A DNA stretch of 64,000 nt from NCBI GenBank assembly GCA_937625935.1, contig OW569361.1:434001-498000 (forward strand), given 5' to 3'. Under the pieces are notes generated by a model. The model ran no database searches and was not told the DNA's origin. It was given only the letters and a program-made list of their open reading frames with translations. Positions 54,238-64,000 of this stretch are shown here, in pieces (the stretch's first letter is position 1; each line of letters begins with the position of its first letter). Made by a program: the position numbers and the translations under genes. This DNA is from Tetramitus jugosus (Eukaryota; Protista; Heterolobosea).

Positions 54238-56253
54238 ATGAAAAAAATATCAAACAATTCAAAAATGATTTTCCCTCGCAAAGGATCATCTACTGTATTG
54301 CCATGCATGCTCCGAAAACTTTCCCACCAACACCATCATCATCATCACCAATGCATCAATCATTTTTTCACCCAAAGCTTTTCACATCTCACCTCTAACC
54401 ACAAAGCTAACAACAACAACAATGCTCATCAAACAAAAACTCAAATTATCACAACACCAATCTTCTACGTCAATGGACCACCACACATTGGTCACTTGTA
54501 CACTACTCTATTGGCTGATACCATGAAACATTGGTACACTATCCAATCAAAACAACAACAACAAGTTCAAAAATCAAGTTGGCTCATTACAGGCACTGAT
54601 GAACATGGTAGTAAAGTTCAAAAATCAGTCATGAGTGTTAACGCCTCAACAACAACAACCTCATCATCACTGACTTCTGCAGAAGAAATAATGTATGACT
54701 ATTGTACGAACATTAGTCTACAATTTCAAAAATTGTGTTCTGATTTTCAAATAGAGTATGATAGCTATGTGAGAACTACACATGATTTTCATAAACGAGT
54801 GGTTTGTTGTTTGTGGAATCGTCTCATGAAGAATGATGCCATCTATATGGGAGAGTACAATGGATGGTACTGCATGAGTGATGAGTGTTTTCAAACAGAT
54901 GTCATTTCAGTGGTTGATCCAGTGACTGGTGAAGAAAAAATGGTGTCAAAATTGAGTGGACACACGTGTGAATGGCTCACTGAAAAGAATTACAAGTTTC
55001 GATTGTCAAAATATAGACCATTGGTGTTGCAATGGCTCCATGACAATGCAAATCATCATTTGGTGACACCTGTGGAGAGATTTAGAGAAGTGGTGAGTGC
55101 GCTCAGTCGACACGAAGAAGATCAAGATTTGTCTGTGAGTAGAACACGTGAACGAGTGCAATGGGGCATTCCTGTGCCTGGTGATTCTTCTCAGACAATT
55201 TATGTGTGGTTGGATGCGTTGGCCAACTATATTACTGGATCGTTGAAAGAGTCGGATTTTCCAGTTCGAAAAGATGGGAGCAGAGACATTGATTTTGATG
55301 ATTTGAAGAACAAGTTGTTGGAGGGTGGAATGTGGCCACCAAGAGTGCAGATTCTGGGCAAGGACATTATCAAGTTTCATGCGTTTTATTGGCCTGCATT
55401 CTTGATGGCTCTCGATTTGCCATTGCCTCAACAATTCATTGTTCATCCCTATTGGACAGTGGATCGAGTCAAGATGAGTAAATCGTTGGGTAATGTGTTG
55501 AATCCGAGTCAATTGGTGGCTGACATTATTCAACAACAAGAGCAGCAACAGTTGCTGAGACAACAAGGAAACAAGTCTGCTAGCTCGAACAAGATCGCGA
55601 AACCTACTCTTTCAGTAGAGGATGCTCGAGACTATGTGCGATACTACTTGTTGAGAGAGGGCAATTTGAAAGATGATTCCAATTTCAGTACAGCCGAGTT
55701 CGCGGACCGTGTCAACGAATTGGCCAACGCATTTGGTAACTTGTGGAATCGAATGTTTAACAAGAGATTTGTGCCCGGCCCACGCACCATCACCTATCAT
55801 CAATCTCATGTTGGTGCAGCAGGTGAGTTGATTGAACGAATTAATAAGCTACAAACCACACTGAGAGAGTGTTATCAATCAGGTGATGTGAAACCAAGCA
55901 TCGTTCATACTTTTGTCGTCTTGCACAGATGCAATGAACTGTTTGATGAGTTGAAGCCATGGTTATGGCTGAAGGAGGCGACTAATCCTGAGCGATCAGA
56001 GAGTGAAAGGGCGGAGATTGAGAAACAAATTGAATCTCTCATGTTCGTTGTTGCAGAAACGCTTCGATGCTGTGCCATTGCGCTCTATCCTATCATGCCT
56101 CGCCGAATGTCCAAACTCCTGCAATACTTTAACGTCGAGCGAGTAGACATTGCTGATCTACAGTTTGCTGTGAGAGGAGAACAACTTCATTTGAAGGGGC
56201 ATGCATCTGATATTCTTTTCCCAAAGTTATTTGGATCTATCAACAACAAGTAA
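54238..56253 (+). CDS. MARS2: Mitochondrial methionyl-tRNA synthetase
   Basis: ITTPIFYVNGPPHIGH, TGTDEHGSK, WGIPVP..TIYVWLDALANY, GKDIIKFHAFYWPAFL, KMSKSLGN; presequence-like N-terminus. Confidence 0.93.
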   Translation: MKKISNNSKMIFPRKGSSTVLPCMLRKLSHQHHHHHHQCINHFFTQSFSHLTSNHKANNNNNAHQTKTQIITTPIFYVNGPPHIGHLYTTLLADTMKHWYTIQSKQQQQVQKSSWLITGTDEHGSKVQKSVMSVNASTTTTSSSLTSAEEIMYDYCTNISLQFQKLCSDFQIEYDSYVRTTHDFHKRVVCCLWNRLMKNDAIYMGEYNGWYCMSDECFQTDVISVVDPVTGEEKMVSKLSGHTCEWLTEKNYKFRLSKYRPLVLQWLHDNANHHLVTPVERFREVVSALSRHEEDQDLSVSRTRERVQWGIPVPGDSSQTIYVWLDALANYITGSLKESDFPVRKDGSRDIDFDDLKNKLLEGGMWPPRVQILGKDIIKFHAFYWPAFLMALDLPLPQQFIVHPYWTVDRVKMSKSLGNVLNPSQLVADIIQQQEQQQLLRQQGNKSASSNKIAKPTLSVEDARDYVRYYLLREGNLKDDSNFSTAEFADRVNELANAFGNLWNRMFNKRFVPGPRTITYHQSHVGAAGELIERINKLQTTLRECYQSGDVKPSIVHTFVVLHRCNELFDELKPWLWLKEATNPERSESERAEIEKQIESLMFVVAETLRCCAIALYPIMPRRMSKLLQYFNVERVDIADLQFAVRGEQLHLKGHASDILFPKLFGSINNK

Positions 56254-56469
56254 AGTTTCATGTTTTGTCTTGTCACCCCAACAAAGTAATTGAACAAAGC
56301 GAGTCCAGAAGCTCACTCAACCAACCACCATCAGATATGGAGAACAAAATTTAAACAACACTGAGATGCTAATAATTATACTGTACATTTATTGTGTTGG
56401 TTCTTGCTCATCTTACGCAGAAAAGGAATGTGAATTTCCTCTTGTCGTTGATTGCAACGTGATGGCTGT

Positions 56470-58545
56470 TTATGCAGCTGAGTGTAACTCTGTGTTCAGC
56501 TGATCTGCCACTTCCTCTTTCATAAAACCATACTGTGGATGCTTCTTGAACCTCATCAACGTATCCAACAGGCATGTCTTGCACTCGGACAGCAAACTAT
56601 TGAAGAATGACTGTTCTTTCTGCACCAAACGCTCATACTGATCCGGATCTTCCTTGCATTTCAGAAGCAATTGACGATCTCTCAGTAAATCTGACTTGTA
56701 CAAGCTTTCAATGTCGTGTCTCGCGTTCGATGCCAAATTCAACTCAAACTGACTCCCGTTCGCCACAAATGTCTCCATGACAAAATCCTTCTTGGCCAGT
56801 AGAACATCTAGATTCTTCTCAGTCTTGTATTGCGTCGTGATATAAATGTAGAACTTGCAGCTCTCTTCAGCTCTCTCAGAGTACGAATACAGGATAAAGT
56901 GCTTGAATGGGAGTGGCAGTGATAGGACATCGTCCAAATCTACACCGTCCTTGTCTAATACGATGCGATGCAACGTTTTTTGTTCAGGTGTCATGCGATT
57001 CCGCAAACTATCATCCACAACGAGCTTTGTCGTTGTATTGGAGGTCATGCCTCCAACGCGAGACATTTGATTCATGTTCAACAATGAACAATGAGTGATA
57101 CATTCGGACAAGTAGTCCATGGCTTCCGTTTGGTGCGACGTAGTCGCAATCATTTTCATATTTTGTGCTTCCATTTTGGCAATCTTGTGCATCAAGTGTT
57201 CTGTTTTGGTCTTGAATGGATCCAAAAAGGAGCTCGTGATATCGGAGAGCACACACTCTAGCTTTTGCAAGTTTGATTGCAAGTTGTTCAGTGAGCTCTG
57301 GTGCTCCGACTCATCTTCACCACTAGTCGTAGACCATTTGCTTGGAGAGGCATCAGAGTGCAGTGAAGCAACGTCATGTTCACTGGCCGTATCCATACTG
57401 TCAACATCGCTCGTTGCACTAGACAAGAACGAGTTTTGATGTTGAGGGTAGCTACCGCCGTGTGGGGAGATTGCGGATGGATTGTGAGGTGCCTCTAGTT
57501 GAGTCTTGACTGATTTCATGACAGCCAAGAACCGATTCTTGTCCGAGTTGGTGCTTCCGGGTATCTCACCCAGTGAGAGCACGACGTATTGAGTCTTGCC
57601 ACCGCGGACAATAATAGGAAGCGTCCGAGGGAGACCAATAAGCTTCTTCTCACCAGATTTTCGGAAACGGTCCATGTATGCATCGTGCTTTTCAGCAATG
57701 TACGAAGGTATGAGATCCTTGACGTTCATTCGCAGCATTTCACCGTGCATGTAACCAAAGAGTTGAGTCAATGAAGAGTTGACACATTGTATATCACCAA
57801 ATGCATCTGTAATCACAGCTGCATCAATCATTGCCTCTACAGCGGAGTGAATATTGAGCGAACCGCCATTCACGTTTCGGTCGACATCAGAGCTGCTGTC
57901 ACCTTCCATTAGTCCGCAATTGGCTTGATTCCTAGAGATGGTCCCAGAAAGCACCCGTATCCAATCTTCCTGCGTTTCCGAGTCATTTGCTCTGAGCACC
58001 AACGGAGCTCTCTTGTCAAAGAAGAGACCAATCGTGCATTTTTTTCCGGTAATGGGCTCCCCATCCACTGCCTTTACAATAATTGCGCGCTCTTGTCGGT
58101 TCGGAGAGGTTTGTTCCGATGCCGCGGCGCCCACCCAAAATTTTTCCGTGACCTGGTAATGCTTCTGTTGACTTTTGAGCGGGTTTTCAAGTTGGCTTGC
58201 TGTAGCTCTTGTTGCCGTTGATGTAATCTGAGGAGAGCTTGACGAGGCAATACCACCACGATGCACGGGTGATAATGATGATCCGAGAGGTGATGAAACA
58301 GGTGAAACAGGAGATGAAGAGACTTGAGTAGGTGGTTTCACTCTCATCAAGCATGAGCCATCCATGACAAAATATCCAACTTTCCACGAAGAAAACACGA
58401 GTCTTTGTTTCACTTGGAGAGAACCTTCCTTGACGACCATGTCTTCATGGATGGAAAGAGAATCTTCAGTTTCGATTCTACGTGACATGCTGCCGCCGCT
58501 CTTGTGATGATGATGACTGGTGGAGAATGGTGATGATGAGCTCAT
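56470..58545 (-). CDS. PH + FixL-type PAS + coiled coil + RGS domain signalling protein
   Basis: PH: VVKEGSLQVK..SWKVGYFV..LRANDSETQEDWIRVL. PAS: DAAVITDAFGDI..LFGY..NVKDLIP..KHDAYMDRFR..LIGLPR. RGS: LDDVL..HFILYSYSERAEESCKFY..FVANGSQFELNL..LLDTLMRFK. Confidence 0.88.
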   Translation of the reverse strand: MSSSSPFSTSHHHHKSGGSMSRRIETEDSLSIHEDMVVKEGSLQVKQRLVFSSWKVGYFVMDGSCLMRVKPPTQVSSSPVSPVSSPLGSSLSPVHRGGIASSSSPQITSTATRATASQLENPLKSQQKHYQVTEKFWVGAAASEQTSPNRQERAIIVKAVDGEPITGKKCTIGLFFDKRAPLVLRANDSETQEDWIRVLSGTISRNQANCGLMEGDSSSDVDRNVNGGSLNIHSAVEAMIDAAVITDAFGDIQCVNSSLTQLFGYMHGEMLRMNVKDLIPSYIAEKHDAYMDRFRKSGEKKLIGLPRTLPIIVRGGKTQYVVLSLGEIPGSTNSDKNRFLAVMKSVKTQLEAPHNPSAISPHGGSYPQHQNSFLSSATSDVDSMDTASEHDVASLHSDASPSKWSTTSGEDESEHQSSLNNLQSNLQKLECVLSDITSSFLDPFKTKTEHLMHKIAKMEAQNMKMIATTSHQTEAMDYLSECITHCSLLNMNQMSRVGGMTSNTTTKLVVDDSLRNRMTPEQKTLHRIVLDKDGVDLDDVLSLPLPFKHFILYSYSERAEESCKFYIYITTQYKTEKNLDVLLAKKDFVMETFVANGSQFELNLASNARHDIESLYKSDLLRDRQLLLKCKEDPDQYERLVQKEQSFFNSLLSECKTCLLDTLMRFKKHPQYGFMKEEVADQLNTELHSAA

Positions 58546-58771
58546 ATAAATAATATAATTGTTTGTGTTGGTGTTTTGTTGTTTTGTTGTGTGTGATTGT
58601 TGATGGCACTGGTTATTTGTTTTTGGTAAAATAAATAATGGGGAGAAGTTAGCTCTATCCGGAGAAATAATTCAGTGACTTGCTGATGGACTTGTGTGCT
58701 GATGGATTTTGGCTGTTGTTGGGGTTGTTGTTTCGAATTCCTTCGAGCAACTATAAGAGAAAACAAAAAGC

Positions 58772-59085
58772 GATGGGATTCCAGAGGAGGAATATTTTTT
58801 GGGCTGCACGTTCAAGTTTTACGTGAATCATGAATTCGGTGAAGAGAAACGTGATTGCCTAAGACGGGACGAGTGACCCCAGAAGAGTTCGCTAATCACA
58901 TTGTTCGGGGCGAACATGTCATTGCTGATCGGAGCTGGATTGATCCAATCGGATTTGCCTTCAAAAGTGATACAGTTCCGATCAACAAAAACAGTTTTGG
59001 AGTTGCAACTCTTTTCTTTAACGTTCATATTCCAAATTGAGGAACCCTGTAGAATACGCATTAAGGAGGACGAGAATTACCTGGG
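58772..59085 (+). pseudogene. Frameshifted coding-like segment upstream of the CYTH ORF (possibly a first, decayed CYTH repeat)
   Basis: Short frames IPEEEYFLGCTFKFY, FAFKSDTVPINKNSFGVATL and LRNPVEYALRR, in three different frames. Confidence 0.35.
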
Positions 59086-59168
59086 TTGGTAGGTGTCTTC
59101 TACAATTTAACGTTTCAAGAAATATTGTTGTAGTGGTTGATTTCTCAAAATCAAGTTGCAACAAATTC

Positions 59169-59930
59169 ATGAAGACCACTCGACACCACGTAGCAATGGG
59201 GCTTCCTGTGGGACAACCAACAAAGAATTTTCAACACAATTCGCCGAATGAATTACGATATCGAATCGGTCTCCATGATAGTGGGATTGAGATGCTGTGC
59301 CAATCTCCTCTGATCTCTCGCCAGGAGCGTTCAAAACACAAGGAACAATATTGGAACACTGATGACAGTTCGTTGGTAATGTCTAACAAATGGTGCAAGT
59401 TAATTGTTGATAGAAACGATAGAACTGAGGTCAGGTACAAGGAAGTGACGAACTGCCCACAAACTATTGAATACAACTTGACCGTCGCTTCTCACTTCTC
59501 AGATGTTGAGGAGTTGATAGATTTACGATTGAAACCTTTAACGATTATGGACGTGGAAAGCGTTATCCTCGATTCACAGTTGGGCTTTTCTGTGCGCATT
59601 GACTATGCAACATTTGAAGATGGAGATCCGCATTGCATTTGTAGCTTGGAGGGTATTGAGAATATACCAAGTGATCTGTATCAAGAGTTGCAAGCTCATT
59701 GCATTTCCCCAATAAGAAATAAGATTTGTGAGTACCTTTTTCGTTACAAGCCAGAATTGTACCAAATCTTGGTAGATAGACAGTATGTGGAAGAGATCTA
59801 TGAGACCAGTGTTTTAGATTCTCAGTGGAACGACCTCCAATCCCACCCAGAGCTTGATTTAATTATTGCGAGGATAGAAGGAAGAAATCCTGAAGGAATT
59901 GACCCGTGGGAGGAACATTTTGAGCTCTAA
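59169..59930 (+). CDS. Degenerate CYTH (thiamine-triphosphatase-like) domain protein
   Basis: EQYWNTDDSSLVMSNKWCK vs THTPA DTYYDTPELSLMQADHWLR; FSVRIDYATF; SPIRNKICEYLFRYKPELYQIL vs PAKLIVYLQRFRPQDYQRL. Confidence 0.65.
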   Translation: MKTTRHHVAMGLPVGQPTKNFQHNSPNELRYRIGLHDSGIEMLCQSPLISRQERSKHKEQYWNTDDSSLVMSNKWCKLIVDRNDRTEVRYKEVTNCPQTIEYNLTVASHFSDVEELIDLRLKPLTIMDVESVILDSQLGFSVRIDYATFEDGDPHCICSLEGIENIPSDLYQELQAHCISPIRNKICEYLFRYKPELYQILVDRQYVEEIYETSVLDSQWNDLQSHPELDLIIARIEGRNPEGIDPWEEHFEL

Positions 59931-60091
59931 TCTCCTTTTTGTTATCTAATATCCCCGCATCAACGAAAAGACACAGAAAAAATCCCTCCAACTAAGATTG
60001 AAGTTTCGTTTTCACACCGGCGGACAAAATCACACGGACGAATTACCCACACAAACAAAAAAACATTTGTGCGAAAAAAAAGCGACTAAAA

Positions 60092-62815
60092 ATGACGTCA
60101 ACAACATGTTGTGTTGATGTTGCTTCTTCTCACTCACCCTACAAAACAATGATGATCAAAAGAACGCCCAAATGGCACCTCATCAAATCCCTCGTCGTTC
60201 TCATTGTGATTGCTTTTGCTGTTCTTTCACTGTACTTGAGACAATCAACAACAACAACAATGACATCCAAATCGAAATTTTTCAAAAAAGCAATCATTAG
60301 CTCCAGAGGGTCCACTAGCTTGAACAATCATCATTCACTCTACTTGTTCATCAATAGCACAAAAAATCAACAAAGAGGATTCATGACAACATCATCTACA
60401 TTAATAACAGCAAGTGAAAATGTGCTAGGTGATGGTGGTGATGGTGATGATGAAGATGATGGAAATTCAAACATTTGCCACAAGGTGGCTCGTTTCAGAG
60501 AATCAAAGTGTGAATTTGTCAAAAAGAATTGTCCAGAGCCATTGGCTGGTGGATTGATCAATTATTTGCGAATTCGTTATTGTGGATTTGAAAAAGTTCC
60601 TTTTCTCTTCTTTGTTTGTGGTGTATGTGTTGTCAAGATCTTGTTTTTTTTGTATTCGCTTTTTGTTTTTTGTGTTTTTGTTGTTTGTTTTTATTGTAAA
60701 AAAAATTGCATTTTTGTAATTTTTTTTGAATTGGTTATGGTGTTTGATCGTGTGAAACTGACAAGAGCTTTTTGATGTGTCATTGGATGTGTATGTGTGT
60801 GCACGCGAATTCATACTGATACTATACTGTAGTTCCTCTGGATTCTACTCCTGTTTTATTTATTGTCCGACACGGCAGAAACATACTTTTGTCCGTCGTT
60901 GACTGAAATTTCTAGCTACTTGAAATTGTCGCCGAATGTAGCTGGTGTGACTTTTCTGGCACTGGGCAATGGTGCACCTGATATTGCAAGTATCGTAGCT
61001 GGTGTCCTATCAGGTAGTACTGGATTTGGTGTGGGTGAACCAATTGGTGCTGGATTGTTTGTCACGACATGTGTCATGGCAGCTGTCACTCTATTCAGTG
61101 ATGTCAAGGTGGATGGAGTACCTTTTTTGAGAGATATTGGAACCTACTTGTTCAGTGTGGTGTTTGTGTTTATTATCTGCGTATGGCAAGGTGAGATTCG
61201 ATTGTGGCACGCACTTGCTTGCTTGTCCATTTACTTTGTCTATGTATCGGTGGTTGTGGTTGGTAGAGCTATTCACGTATGGATCAAATCACGTCAATTG
61301 GCAAAGGAAAAACTGTTGATTGAAGCACAAAAGGAGAACGCTTTTCCATCTGGACCCAATGTCGGTACGGCATCCGTGATTAATAATGATGAATCCGAGT
61401 CGACGTCACTGTTGGGCAACAGCGTGTTGCACAAGAAGATTGGAAAGGAAAGTTCTGTTTATTATGAATCGGTGGTGGATGAGAATGATGCACAGATTGA
61501 AACCAAGTGGATCAAGGAACCTCTTTTGATTCATTATGCCGAACAAAAGGAAAAAACTGCGAACCGAGTATCGAAGAAGCAGAAGAAGAACAAGAGCAAG
61601 AAGAATGCAAGTTCTTCCAATGCGCGAGAATCTTCCGAAAAGTTGATTGAGGAGTCTACAGTTGTTGAATCTTCATCTGACGATAGTGATTTGGAAGAGA
61701 ACGAGTCTTCTCCTCCACAAATGGCATCGCAGCATCATGATGATGAATTCCAGAAGTGGGGTAATTTGAAGGTGCAAACCATTCACAATCGACAAAAGTT
61801 CGCTCACAGTTTGAAGCGTCATCACGGCAGTGGATTCTTCTTCCCAAAGGTTGGTCTCGTGTACAATAGTCCCGATTCGCCACAACCATCTCCCGAAGAT
61901 GAGTTAGTACGCGACAAGTCATTCATATTTGAGGATCATTTTGACATGAGCAAGAGCACAATGGATGGAGATGAAGGAAGTGACATTGAAACGGAAGACG
62001 GTTATATTCAACAGTTCTTGCATTGGATTGAATGGGATGAAAAGAGTTGGTTCGATCGACTCTTCTACCTCCTTGTCTCGCCTGCTATTCTCGCACGTAA
62101 TTTGACTATTCCACAAGCTGATCCAGTCTGTTGGAGCAAAGTGTTTGCAGTGTTGTGTCCATTGTTCATGGGACCATTTGTATTATTTGCCACGGGAGGA
62201 TTGAATGTGAAGCTTGGACCTGCTCAGGTATTTCCTCTGTGGGCTCTCATCCTCATCATCACTGTATTTATCAGTTTATTTATTCTGTTGACAACTGTTC
62301 GATCAAGAGCACCGCTCTATCACTTTGTATTCGTGTTTACTGCATTTGCAAGCAGTGTCATTTGGATTTATTTGGTCGCCAATGAACTGGTTGCTATTTT
62401 GCAGAGTTGTGGTATTATGTGGCAAATCAGTGATGGTATTTTAGCTCTCACTGTTTTGGCTTGGGGTAACTCATTAGGTGATATGGTTGCGAATGTTGTT
62501 GTTGCGAGACAAGGCTATCCAGAAATGGCTATTGGAGCTTGTTACGGAGGTCCATGCATGAACTTGTTGATCGGTTTGGGATTGAGCATGACTGCTCATT
62601 GTCTCAAATTTGAGTCGTTCCCAGTAGTTTTGGAACCCAATGTGTTCATGTCATTCGTTTTCCTTCTAGCGAGCATTATCTCAGCTGTGTTAGTCGTGTC
62701 TGTGAATGGATTCCGAGCACCAAAGGTATTTGGTGTCTTTTTGCTCAGCATCTACGTTGTATTTATGGTAATGAGTATCATGATTGAAAGTGGCTTGATA
62801 TTCAGACAAGTATAA
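60092..62815 (+). CDS. Cation/Ca2+ exchanger (CCX/NCLX-like)
   Basis: Exons 60092-60622 and 60833-62815; alpha-1 GVTFLALGNGAPD, alpha-2 LTVLAWGNSLGD, GYPEMAIGACYGGP. Confidence 0.92.
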
Positions 62816-62879
62816 CTTCAAAAATATATCTCCTGATTGCTTTATTTCTTGTTCTAATAAATACTGCCCAGTATATTAT

Positions 62880-63983
62880 TTACAACCGATACAGCAGCCA
62901 TGATAAGTCCAAGTACTTGCAATTTTTGCAAGTCCACACTCCTTTGGCCACAATAGTGTAGAACAAGGCGAAGAAGAGAGCAAAGTAAGCCAGGAGTGCA
63001 AGGAATGAGATGATACGAGATAAGATTACGATCTTCCGGAGAGCACTTTCCCAATTCACCTTTCTCAACGTCTTACTCTCCCCATTTACTTGCATCAGGT
63101 CTGTCAACGATCCTTGAGGTGGTACATTGTTCTGGAAATCACTCAGGGATAGATTCGTAGGCAAGAGTTGTTCCGTATCTCCAATGTCATTGATCTCCTT
63201 TGCTGCTTGCGACTTTGCAACGGAATCACGAGGTAGAATAACCAATGCAAGGAGGAAGCCAACAACTAATCCACCTATATGTCCCCAATTGTCAATCAAA
63301 GGGACAATACCCACAGCTAGGAAGAGTACTAGTTGGATGATGAGAGTCACTGTCGAGAATATTGGATTGGGAATTGTGATTCGATTGTTCCAGTTGTACA
63401 TTAAATCAGCAAACATTGCAGAGAAGAGACCACTCAAGCAACTGGACGCTCCCACACTAATCAATCCAGAGTTCATTACACAACTTAGTAAGTTTCCTCC
63501 GACTCCGCTCACTAGATAGATGAGAAACACTCTCCACATTCCCCAATACACTTCACATCGACTTCCTAGAAACAATTGCCACATGACATTGACTCCGAGA
63601 TGTATGAGCCCACTGTGTAGAATGCAAGGGGAAAGGAATCTGTAGACCTGTGTTTCATCATAAATCTTCTGGGTATCCTTGGCGCCCCAGTCGCGCAGTA
63701 CCTTAATCGATGGGCCAATCGAAGGATTCACTGCAAGGTTCTCCACTCCATTTATACTCATCATTATTATTAATATTACTACTTGAGAGAAAGTCATGCA
63801 GTAGATGAAGATAGGAAAAGGTATCTTTCTCTTGCTGGATTGAACTGGACCAAAAGCGAGAAATGAAATAATGGTTGTCCAGCAGGAAGAAGAAGGAGCT
63901 TTTTCATTGATGCCCGAAGGTGAACGAGGAGGTGGAGGAGGAGAACGAGGATAACCAATGGAATTTCGAATCTTATACTTCAT
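62880..63983 (-). CDS. Rhomboid intramembrane serine protease
   Basis: NPSIGPS, YRFLSPCILHSGLIHLGVN, IYLVSGVGGNL, catalytic VGASS and DNWGHIGG, C-terminal CKNCKYL. Confidence 0.92.
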   Translation of the reverse strand: MKYKIRNSIGYPRSPPPPPRSPSGINEKAPSSSCWTTIISFLAFGPVQSSKRKIPFPIFIYCMTFSQVVILIIMMSINGVENLAVNPSIGPSIKVLRDWGAKDTQKIYDETQVYRFLSPCILHSGLIHLGVNVMWQLFLGSRCEVYWGMWRVFLIYLVSGVGGNLLSCVMNSGLISVGASSCLSGLFSAMFADLMYNWNNRITIPNPIFSTVTLIIQLVLFLAVGIVPLIDNWGHIGGLVVGFLLALVILPRDSVAKSQAAKEINDIGDTEQLLPTNLSLSDFQNNVPPQGSLTDLMQVNGESKTLRKVNWESALRKIVILSRIISFLALLAYFALFFALFYTIVAKGVWTCKNCKYLDLSWLLYRL

Positions 63984-64000
63984 TGTTCAATTGTTTTAGT

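Noticed and set aside
1-64000. Alternative genetic code, U12 introns, tRNA/rRNA genes, transposase or reverse transcriptase
   Set aside because: TAA, TAG and TGA all terminate conserved genes, all inferred introns are U2-type GT-AG, and no such RNA or element motifs were seen by eye.

Overview
Gene-dense, intron-poor eukaryotic nuclear DNA in the standard genetic code, with GT-AG introns and CTAAC-like branch points. The mix of ciliary genes (IFT144, AK7-like, BBS12-like, C2orf81-like), an RWP-RK factor, a PAS-RGS protein and a mitochondrial RF2 suggests an amoeboflagellate protist, probably a heterolobosean (inference). The window holds about 33 protein genes, mostly housekeeping (Arc1p-like, PSMG1, INTS3, UPRT, NFX1, Prp18, biotin ligase, NIP7, importin-5, GRAB golgin, mtRF2, mtMetRS, CCX exchanger, rhomboid). 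The most unusual elements are: (i) a PH + FixL-type heme-PAS + RGS protein, a candidate gas/O2-regulated G-protein GAP; (ii) an RlaP-like Pol-beta nucleotidyltransferase fused to a T4-Rnl1-like ligase whose catalytic motifs are all substituted; (iii) a dispersed family of degenerate thiamine-triphosphatase-like CYTH genes seen intact, frameshifted and as a deleted remnant; (iv) a frameshifted heme-oxygenase-like diiron oxidase; (v) a head-to-head pair of GPI-anchored beta-glucan remodelling enzymes, plus a secreted TIM-barrel protein with expansin-like binding modules and a His-substituted tandem beta-trefoil; (vi) a kinase-less AK7 paralogue; (vii) an E2F-like motif upstream of three ciliary genes. 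No rRNA, tRNA, CRISPR array or recognisable transposon was seen. All homology calls come from motif recognition by eye, not database searches.
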